64,000 bases of DNA from positions 1 through 64,000 of the forward strand of contig CAVYKI010000006.1 in the NCBI GenBank assembly GCA_963769025.1. The letters are read 5' to 3'. The stretch is from an uncultured Verrucomicrobiae bacterium. Its GTDB lineage: Bacteria > Verrucomicrobiota > Verrucomicrobiia > Chthoniobacterales > Chthoniobacteraceae. The translations under genes were made by a program, and so were the position numbers. Position 1 is the stretch's first letter. Each line of letters begins with the position of its first letter. Under the pieces are notes generated by a model. The model saw only the letters and a list, made by a program, of their open reading frames with translations, made no database searches and was not told where the DNA came from. Shown in pieces: positions 53,619 to 64,000 of the stretch.

Positions 53619-55184
53619 CTCCCCGATTTCGGGAGAAACGCGGCCCGGGCGGCTTCGAGCGCGGCGGACTGCACCTCGCGCAGAGTCACGCCGGCACGCT
53701 CGGCAACGGCGCGGCAGCTCTCAAACTCGGGCGCGATCTGCAGAAGGCGTGTGTCCTTGAAACCGAGCTTCACGGTCACCTCGCCGTGCGGCGGTCTTCA
53801 CCGTCTCGAATCGGCGCGTGAGTTTCAGCCGCTGGATCTTTTCGACGCGCAGCCCGAATGCGGTCGTCTCGGCAAAGATGATGTCGGCGAGCGGCTGGAT
53901 ATTTTCCTCGTCGCACAGGACCGACAGCATCACCCCGGGGCGATCCTTTTTCATCTGCACCGGCGTGAACCACACATCGAGCGCACCCGCTGCGAGGAGC
54001 TGCTGCATCACCGAGCCGAGCACCTGCGGGGAGACGTCGTCGAGGTTCGTCTCGAGCTGGGTGACCGTGTCGGTTTCGTAGCCGGGCATTGGGTGTGGCC
54101 GGTTGGGGGTGGGAAAAGCTACGCCAGTTCGCCGAGGACGGCGCGCAGGACGTTCGGACGGTTTGCGAGTTCGCGCGTGCCGAGGCCGTAACCGATGCGC
54201 TCGACTTTCATCGCGGGCATGAGGCCGAAGTTCGCGCCGAATTCCGCGACGATCCCAGCGCCGGTCGGCGTGATGAGTTCATGCGGCTCGTCTATCTGGC
54301 CGACGGCGATGCCTTTCAAAATCTCCAGCGTCGCCGGCGCGGGCACCGGGAAAATCCCGTGCGCGCATTTCACGGTGCCGTGGCCGTCATTGAGCGCTGG
54401 AGACGAAAACCTTCTCCACGCCGAGTGCCTCGATGCCGACGCAGGTGAGCACGATGTCCGCGATGGAATCGAACGCGCCGACTTCGTGAAAGTGGACGCT
54501 CTCCGGATCCATGCCGTGGATGCGGCCCTCGGCTTCGGCGATTCTGCGAAAGATGCCGAGCGCGTGCTTTTTGACAAACGGCGAGAGATCGCTCGCCTCG
54601 ATCAGGTCGCGAATCTCACTGTGCGACCGGCCGTGCTCATGCTCGTGTTCATGGCCGTGCTCATGCGAGTGGCCGTGCTCGTGGGAATGCCATGCTCGTG
54701 GCTGTGCTCGTGGGAATGTTTGTGCTCGTGGCATGTTCGTGCTCGTGGCTGTGCATCCTGCACAGTGCTCGCCATGCTCATGTTCGTGGCTGTGGGAATG
54801 CGTGCCGTGGTCATGCTCGTGCGTGTGCTTCAGCGCGGCGTGTTCCTCCTCGTGCGTGTGGCCATGTGCATGCTCCGGGTCGTGGTCGTGCTCGTGATGG
54901 TGGTGGACGTGAGCTTCCTCGCCGTGCTCATGCGTGTGCCCATGCTCGTGGCCGCCGCTGCATTCATGTCCGTGATCGTGATGCGTGCTGCCGTCGTGGA
55001 TGTCGAACTTCACGCCCTCGATCTCCTTCCGCTTCGCGCGGTCGTAGTGCATGTGGAAGTCGCCGAGGTTCAGCTTGCTCAGCTCCCATTCGAGCGCGCT
55101 GGGTTTCACGCCGAGGTCGATGAGCGCGCCGACCATCATGTCGCCACTGATGCCGGAGATGCAGTCGAGGAAGAGAGCTTTCAT
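53615..55184 (-). CDS. larC: Nickel pincer cofactor biosynthesis protein LarC with a long His-rich insert (frameshifted/split)
   Basis: FLDCISGISGDM, HFHEVGAFDSIADIV, PVPAPAT, ELITPTGA, LETNLDD, MKKDRPG, PEFESC. Confidence 0.92.
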
Positions 55185-55228
55185 GCGAGGGAGTTTGTCA
55201 GGATTCGTGCGGTTGCAAACAGCGAACT

Positions 55229-55971
55229 CTAGCGCGCGATCGGCGAGCAGTTCGGACTTCACCGCGGGAAGGCTCAGCGTCTTGTCGTAAAGCGCCTTGC
55301 CGATGATGCAGCCGTGCAGGGAGGGGATCGTCGCGGCCTGCAGCACATGCGCCGCCGTGCCGACTCCGCCGCTCGCGATGAGCTGCCCGCCGAGCGGGAC
55401 GATGGCCGCATTCACGCGCTCGGTCTCGGGAAAGTTCGGCCCCTGCAGCATGCCATCCGTCGCGATGTCGGTGTAGATGATCGTGCCCGCGCCCGCCTTC
55501 ACGGCGTTGCACGCGAGTTCGAGCGCGCTCTGCCCGGTCTCCTGCGTCCAGCCTTTCACGCTCACGATTCCGTTTTTCGCGTCGATGCCGACCGCGATGC
55601 GCTCGCGGCCAAATTCGCGCGCCATTTCGCGCGACGAACTCGAGCGACTCCGCCGCCTTCGTCCCGAGGATCACGCGCGCCACCCCCGCATCAAGCGCGC
55701 GGCGGATCGCCTCCACGTCGCGGATGCCGCCGCCGAGTTCACACGGAATGCCGACGGCGGCCGTGATGGCGCGGACGGATTCGAGATTCTGCTGCTTGCC
55801 GGAGAATGAGGCGTCCAGATCCACGATGTGCAGCCAGTCGCCGCCCTCGCTCTCCCATTGCCGCGCAAACGCGGCGGGATCGGACGAGTAAACGGTTTTC
55901 TGGTCGGCGCGGCCCTGGCGCAGGCGGACGACCTGGCCGGACATGAGATCAATGGCGGGATAGAGGAGCAT
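55229..55971 (-). CDS. hisA: HisA ProFAR isomerase (frameshifted; 3' end approximate)
   Basis: LYPAIDL...VVRLRQG, LHIVDLD, GGGIR, YTDIATDGML, ASGGV, IIGKALY. Confidence 0.93.
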
Positions 55972-56037
55972 GAGCCGCGAAGAAGTGGCGGGGAGATCCG
56001 CGCATGGCAAGTGCGCTCGTGCGGATTTTGGCCGCGG

Positions 56038-57471
56038 CTACTTCCAGAGAGGGTCCATCTGTTCCGCGTTCCATTTGTCCCACAGCGCGGAGAATTCCGC
56101 CACGCGGGCGGGTTCCTTGGCGGCGCGGTTGTTCGATTCGCCGATGTCCGCGGTGAGGTTGAAAAGCTGCCAGGCTCCGCCGTCGCGGATGAGCTTCCAG
56201 TCGCCATGGCGCAGCGCGTTCCTTTTTCCGACGCGCCAGAACAGCGTCTCGTGCGGACGGGTTGTGGATTCACCGGTGAGCAGTGGAACAAGGCTGACGC
56301 CATCCAAGGGAGCGCCTGCCGTGGCGGGCGCGCCTTTTGTGGCCGAGGCCGATGCCACGTTGAGCGCGGTGGCAGTGAGGTCGGTGGCGACGACGGGCGC
56401 ATCCAGCACGCGCGCGGGCACACGACCTTTCCAAGAAACAATGAACGGCACGCGGATGCCGCCCTCCCACAGCTCGCCTTTGCCGCCGCGGAGCGGTGCG
56501 TTGCTTGACGTGAGTTCCTTGGTCGGCCCGCCGTTGTCGCTGAGGAAGACGACGAGCGTGTTTTCCTCGATGCCGCTCGTGCGGAGTTGGTCGAGCACGC
56601 GGCCCACGCCGTCGTCGAGCTGCGCCAGCATCGCGGCGAAAATGCGGCGATGGATGTCACCGATGTGCGCGAACTTTTGCATGTAGGCATCCGCGCCCTG
56701 CAGCGGGCTGTGGACGGCGTTGTAGGCGAGGCAGAGGAAAAATGGCTGCGCCTTGTGCCGCTCGATGAATTCGCATGCCTCGCGTGTGAATGCGTCGGTG
56801 AGGTTCGCCTTTTCTTCCACCGGCTGGCTGCCGCGGAGCGTCGGATTGTCGGCATCGTAGTCGGGCTCGTGGTGCCCCATGTGCGTGCTCCACACGGTGC
56901 GGCCATCCGGCGAGATCCAGCGTCCCTGCGCGCCATTTGGCAGCGCCTTGCGGCGCAGCCATGTCGTCACGCCTGTCCACGGCGGCTGCACGTAGTAGTG
57001 CCCCTCGTGCAGGAAGCCGAAGAACTCATCGAACCCGCGCCGCTGCGGATGAAACGGCGCGGTGCCGCCGAGGTGCCATTTGCCCACGAGCGCCGTGGCG
57101 TAGCCGGAATCGCGAAGGCGATCGGCGACGGTCCTCTTCTCTACCGGCAGCCCGATGCCTGGAGCGGCGTTCTTCGCGCCGATGGGATTGAATTCAAACC
57201 CGAACCGCGTCTGATAGCGCCCGGTCAACAGCGCCGCCCGCGACGCCGCGCAGAACGGCGCGGTGACGTAGCCATTTGTGAACCGCGCCCCGCCCGCCGC
57301 GAGCCGATCGATGTTCGGCGTAGGAATCTCCCGCCCGCCGTAGCAGCCCGCTTCGCCGTATCCGAGATCGTCGGCGACGATGAAGACGATGTTTGGGCGT
57401 TCCTGCGCAGCGGCCACGAGCGAGATGTCGCCGAGGCAGCCGAGGCAGGCAAAGATCGTGAAAATCTTCAC
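56038..57471 (-). CDS. Arylsulfatase-family sulfatase
   Basis: PNIVFIVADDLGYG, CAASRAALLTG, GKWHLG, SDNGG. Confidence 0.93.
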   Translation of the reverse strand: MKIFTIFACLGCLGDISLVAAAQERPNIVFIVADDLGYGEAGCYGGREIPTPNIDRLAAGGARFTNGYVTAPFCAASRAALLTGRYQTRFGFEFNPIGAKNAAPGIGLPVEKRTVADRLRDSGYATALVGKWHLGGTAPFHPQRRGFDEFFGFLHEGHYYVQPPWTGVTTWLRRKALPNGAQGRWISPDGRTVWSTHMGHHEPDYDADNPTLRGSQPVEEKANLTDAFTREACEFIERHKAQPFFLCLAYNAVHSPLQGADAYMQKFAHIGDIHRRIFAAMLAQLDDGVGRVLDQLRTSGIEENTLVVFLSDNGGPTKELTSSNAPLRGGKGELWEGGIRVPFIVSWKGRVPARVLDAPVVATDLTATALNVASASATKGAPATAGAPLDGVSLVPLLTGESTTRPHETLFWRVGKRNALRHGDWKLIRDGGAWQLFNLTADIGESNNRAAKEPARVAEFSALWDKWNAEQMDPLWK

Positions 57472-57481
57472 GGATCAAAAG

Positions 57482-58834
57482 TCAGACGAGGTCGGTAAGC
57501 GTCCCGGTGCTGTCTGAGAATTTCTCCTGCTCCACGCCCATCTTCTGCGCGACGGAGAGCAGCACATTTGCGAGCGGCGGATGACTTTCCGGGTCGTGCG
57601 CGATGTGCTGGCCGTGCCTGAGCCCGTAGGCGGCGCCGCCGGCGACAATGAGCGGGAGGTTTTTCGGCGAGTGTTCGCCGCGCGGGCCGCTGTTCATGCC
57701 GGAGCCGTAGACGACCATCGTGTGATCGAGCATCGGGCGGCCGCCCTCGTCGGTGGACTGGAGGAAGGTGAGGAAGCGGCTGAGTTTCGAGAGGTATCCG
57801 CGATCGACGGTGGCGAGTTTTTCGAGCATCCCGGCATCGCCGCCGTGGTGCGAGAGTTCGTGGTGGTTTTCGCCGCCGATGCCGACGTCCGCCCGCCTCG
57901 CGCGCCCATTCGAAAGTGATCACGCGCGTGGTGTCCGTGGCGAAGGCGAGGTAGCTGAGCTCCAGCATGACATCGAGCCACATCGGCCGGTCGTGCGCGT
58001 CGCCGGGCTTGCTGTTGAGCTGCAGCCCGGCGGATTCGACCTTCGGCTTCGGCACGTCCACCCATTCCACCTGCCGCTGCACGCGCAATTCGGTCTCGCG
58101 CACGGAGGCGAGGTATTCGGCCAGCTTGGCCTGGTCGGCGCGGCCGAGCTTCTTTTCGAGCGCCTTCGCCTCGGCGAGGACGTCGTCGAGGATGCTCCGC
58201 TTTTCGGCGTAACGCCGGAGCGTGGCTTCGCGCGAGGCGGCGTCGTCGGGGACGAAGAGGCGCTCGAAGAGCCGTTGCGGACTGTTCTCGGCGGGGAGCG
58301 GCGTGCCGTTGCGATCGAAGGCGAGCGTGTGGCTGTGCAGCGCGGCGCCGGTGCCGGACTGATCGCCGATCTCGAGCGACGGGAAGCGGGTCTTCGCGCC
58401 GACCTTTTCCGCGATCACCTGATCGACGGAAATCGTGTTGGTGTAGTCCTTGCCCGGCACCGCCTTGAGATCGGCGCCGGTGAGCCATGTGTCGCCGCCG
58501 CTGTGGCCGCCGGTGCATCGCGGATGGCCGAGCCCGGTGAGCACGCTGAAATTTGCGCGGTGCTCCTTCAGCGTCTCGAGCGTGGGCGAGAGCTTGTAGT
58601 CCGCGGCCTTTCGAGCCGGGCACCCATTCGAGGATGTTCACGCCATTCGAGACGTAGCAGAAAATGGCGCGCGGCGTGGGCTTCGTGCCCGACTTCGCGC
58701 AGCGGCCTGTAAGTCGAGGGCGCGGCGTGAATCGCGCGCGGCAGCATGGCCTCCAGCAATGGCAGCGAAAGCGAGACGCCGAGGCCCCGCAGCGCGGTGC
58801 GACGGGAAAGGGGGGTGTGAAAGATCGGGTTCAT
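57482..58834 (-). CDS. DUF1552-type Tat-exported protein (frameshifted)
   Basis: SRRTALRGLGVSLSLPLLEAM, SVDQVIA, ENSPQRLFERLF, SILD. Confidence 0.85.
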
Positions 58835-58847
58835 GGGCGTGGCGGGT

Positions 58848-61416
58848 TTACTTGGTGGCGAAGGCTTCGGACGTGGCGATGGCGGTGATGAGCGAGCGCA
58901 GCGTGTAGCGGTCGCGCTTCATCTGCGCGACGAAGCTGCGGATCGCGGGGCGATCGGAAAAGCCGAGTTCGCGCCCGAGCGCGTACGTCGTGAGCTGGTT
59001 GGCGAGCGCCGTCGAGGAAGAGATCCTCCTTCTTCAGAAGCTGCTGCTGCAGCCCTTCGACGCCTTTGAACTCCGTGCCATCGGGCATCTTCGCGCTGGC
59101 GTCGATGACGGGGTCGTTCTTGTCGATGCGGCCATTGTAGCCGTGGCCCTCCTGGTCGCGCCATTCGCCGGTGGCGTTGAAATTTTCCAGCGCGAGGCCG
59201 AGCGGATCGATCTTGTCGTGGCAGCGCGCGCACGACGCGGCCTCGCGGTGAATCTGCGAGGCGCTGCCGCACGGTGGCCTTGTCGATGCCGGGCACCTTG
59301 GACTGGATCTCGCCGACATTCGCCACCGGCAGCCCGGGGTCGGTGCCGAGCAGCGTCTTCAGCACCCACACGCCGCGCACGACGGGCGAGGTGCGCGTGC
59401 CGTTGGAGGTGATGCTGTGCATGGATGCCTGCGTGACGAGTCCGCCGCGATGCGACTCCGGCGGCGCGGGCACGCGGCGGATCGCGTCGCCCTTCACGCC
59501 GGGGATGCCGTAGAAGCGCGCGAGGCGTTCGTTGATGGTGACGAAGTCGCTCTTGATGAGGTTGCGCGCATCGAGATCGCCGCGGAGGATCTCGCGCGAA
59601 GAAGCCTTCCGTCTCGCGCACGATGGAGAGTTCGAGATGCCGGTCGTATTCCGGGTACAGCGTCTTCGACGGCGGATTCGCGCCGACCTTGCGCAGCCCG
59701 AGCCACTGGCCGGCGAAGTTTTTCACGAAATCGCCCGCTCGCGGATCGGCGAGCATGCGGTTCACCTGCGCGCGCAGCACGGCGGGCTTGGCGAGTTCGC
59801 CCGCTGCGGCGAGGCGGAAGAGTTCGTCATCCGGCATCGAGGACCACAGGAAATAGGAAAGCCGCGACGCGAGTTCGTAGGGAGTGAGCGCGCGCGGCTT
59901 CGCCTGCGGCGCCTCGGGCTCCACGAGGTAGAGGAAATGCGGCGAAGCCAGCACGGCGGCGAGCGGCACCTTGATCGCCTCGGTGAACGTCGGCTTCTCC
60001 GCGCGATGCTTCTCGAACAGCGCGACCTTCGCATCCACCTCGGCCGCGTTCACCGGGCGGCGGTACGCGCGCGCCATGAAGCGCGTGATCACTTCCCGCG
60101 CGTACGCCTTCTCGTCCCTGTCCTTGTTCGGCGACGCGAACAGCACGCGCTGGTGGCTCGGCGGCGGCCAGCTCGCATGGACCGGACCTTCGAGCTCGAT
60201 CCAGTCGATGAGCAGCGTGGGCCGGGCGAACTCGTCCCTCCCGGTGAATGCAGAAGTTCTCCAGCGCCCGCGGGATGCTCGTACGCGTAGCTGAAGCCCA
60301 CGCCGGCCTTCTGCGTGCGTGAAGTGCGCGCGCACTTCGTACACCTGCGGCGCGCTCTCGGGCGCCGCGATGTCCATCTCCGCGATCACCTCGCGGCGTG
60401 CCGCCGAGATTCTGCGTGATCTTCACCCGCGGCGGCCCGTAGTCGTAGCTGCGATGCGTGGCGAAATGCTCGGAGCGTATTTTCAAAATCGCGGTCGTGA
60501 TACGCTTTGCCCTTGGGGTTCTTCGCCATCTGCTCGTCGCGCCGCTTTTCGAGAAGCGGCGTCACCGAGGCAACGACCTCCTCGCGCGTCGGCACGCGGC
60601 CCGCCGCGCGGAAGCGGATGACGTACTCGCCTTCCACCGGCACCTCGAAATCGCGAAAGCCCACGCCCTTGTCCCAGGACTCGTGGTGGATGACGGTGAA
60701 GCCGTTTTCCGTCGGGTTCTTGCCGTCGTTGAGCAGGATGTTGTTCCCGTCGCGCTTCACCCGGTAGCGGTCCCGCCCAGTCGTGTTTTCCTCCGGCTCG
60801 AAGCGCCACTTGATGCGCCGGCGGCTGCGCGCCCTCGACCAGCGCGCGGTCGAGGATCTGCCGCGCCGTCGCGTAGTACAGCTCCACCTGCATCGGCGAC
60901 ATCGTGAGCGCCTGGCCGATGTTGTCGAAGCCGCCCGCCGGCGGATCTTCGGGAAATTTCTCCGACGGCATGAAAATCCACGCCCACGAGATCGCGGATC
61001 GTGTTGTCGTATTCCGCGCGGTTCATCCGGCGCAGCACCACGCGGGTCGAGCGCTTCGCCATCTCCCCGCGCGCCAGTTCGCCGTCCAGCCATGCGGCAA
61101 ATTTCGCCGCAGCCTCCGGCGTCGGCTGCTTCTCATCCTCCGGCGGCATCTCGTGCGCGTTGACCGAGTTCACGACCTCCTTCCACTTCGTAACCGCGGA
61201 CGGATCTCCGAAATCATTGGCCAGCGTGTCCAGCCGCAGCTTTCCCTTCTGCTTTTCCGGCCCGTGGCACGAGACGCAGTGCTCCTTGAGGAATGGCTGG
61301 ACGATGTTGCTGAAGCCCGCGTGGTCAGGCTTCAGAGGTTGCCCGTCCTGTGCGGAGACATTGGCGAAGTGGGCGAGCGCGCAGGCGACGGAGAAAAGCG
61401 GGAGACGGGGGTGCAT
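58848..61416 (-). CDS. DUF1592/DUF1588-type protein with heme-c motifs (several frameshifts)
   Basis: CVSCHG, RRMNRAEYDNT, ELASRLSYFLWSSMPD, TSPVVRGVW, CARCH. Confidence 0.85.
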
Positions 61417-61596
61417 TGACGAATCAGTGGAGGTCGGGCGTCCTTGCGCTGCCGGTGAAAGCTTCGCATGTCACGCTGGCTCGCCGTCCGCGCGCGAGCG
61501 CGTGGGTGGCGGGCGAATGCGCGATGCGCCATGTGGAAAGGGAGGAGTTCAACGGCTGTTCGTATGCACCCGGCAGCGGGTGAATAGAAGGACGTT

Positions 61597-63025
<1,429 letters not shown>

Positions 63026-63036
<11 letters not shown>

Positions 63037-64000
63037 AGGCAAACTCGTTGGAGTTGAGCAGCGCGAGGCAGACATCCGCGAGGGCGCGCGTGTGCGCGGG
63101 GACATCGGCGGGCTGGAGGTCGGGGACGAAGTCGGCGTAGGCGTGCAGCTTTTCGTCGAAGGAAAACTTCTCGCCCGTGTTTTCCTCGACGGCGTCGCGG
63201 CGCACTTCGAGCGGCGGCTTCATGGCGACGGGTTTCGTGTCGCCGAGCAGCGATTCAATTTCGCGCCAGTGGGCGAGGCAGGTTTGCAGTTCATCGGCAT
63301 TTGGTGGACGCGAGAATGCGAGCGTGAAGCAGCGCGTAATGGCCTCGCTGTCGCTGTGCGTTTCCTTCACGGCGCGATTCGCCAGCGCCAGCGCGCGGGA
63401 CGTGCGTGGCTCTGGCCGTTGAAGAGGCTGAAGACCTGCGGCGTGACGGTGCGAGGCTTCGCGGCGCTCGCAGGAAAAATCCGGCGCGGGCTCGTTGAAC
63501 ACCTCCAGGAACGGGTCGGGCAGGCCGCGGACTTTCAGCGCGTAAATGCGAGCGGCGATGGCGCTGCTCGGGCAGCGGATTCGGCACCCACGCGGCGGCG
63601 AAGGTGCCCATGACCTGGCGCGGCTGCAGCGCGGCTTCGAGATTGATCTCCGGACGGTTCGGAATGCCGCCGAGTGCCGGATTCAGTTCGCCCGTCGCGG
63701 CGAGCATCGCGTCGCGCAATTCCTCGGCGGTGAGCCGGCGCGGCTTGAAGACGGCGTAGCTCGTCCCGGCCGGATCTTTTTCCGCGAGCACCTTGCCGTC
63801 TGGATGCGTCGCGCTGCGGCGATACGCCTCGCTCGTCATGATCAGCGGTGCAGTTCCTTGAACGACCAGCCTTTCTCGACAAACGTTGCCGCGAGCCAGT
63901 CGAGCAGTTCGGGATGCGTGGGCTTTTTGCCGGTGCTGCCGAAGTTGTTCGGATTGCCCGCGATCGGCTGGTCGAAATGCCAGAGCCAGATGCGATTCAC
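63026..64000 (-). CDS. DUF1553 (PSD1)-type protein, 3' part (frameshifted; start outside the window)
   Basis: THPELLDWLA, RRLTAEELRDAML, LLNSNEFAYV. Confidence 0.85.

Noticed and set aside
54387..55625. Apparent HisA-LarC fusion ORF
   Set aside because: An out-of-frame TAG at 55229-55231 follows a CG run, and larC has its own ATG at 55184; one indel explains the read-through

Overview
GC-rich bacterial DNA, most likely Verrucomicrobiota (inferred from PEP-CTERM/exosortase genes, DUF1501/DUF1552/DUF1592-type clusters and GTAG-type REPs). Many genes, including housekeeping ones (mnmE, hflX, hisA), carry single-base frameshifts. This points to uncorrected long-read indels, so gene ends are often approximate. 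Layout: (1) 1-4357, two paralogous PEP-CTERM-type genes and a TPR-like gene. (2) ~4.4-18.7 kb, a mobile island with RadC, primase, an MTase remnant, Gabija, a VirD4-like ATPase, a Replic_Relax relaxase, a hairpin-dense non-coding block, an XRE module, ArdC, a phage-type Rep with an internal origin, a divergent HTH/coiled-coil gene carrying a 10-bp-phased repeat array, and HigBA. I found no integrase or T4SS in it. (3) 18.7-21.7 kb, a decayed integron-cassette (attC) region hit by IS110-like elements, one with a structured downstream non-coding region containing guide-like matches to its insertion site, plus an IS3. (4) 21.7-64 kb, backbone genes: RND pump, a TPR/PEP-CTERM/exosortase cluster, lysA, mnmE flanked by REPINs, a hybrid kinase, hflX coupled to a ~2,880-aa coiled-coil protein, His-rich larC, hisA, a sulfatase and DUF clusters. 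All family assignments come from motif recognition by eye, not database searches.
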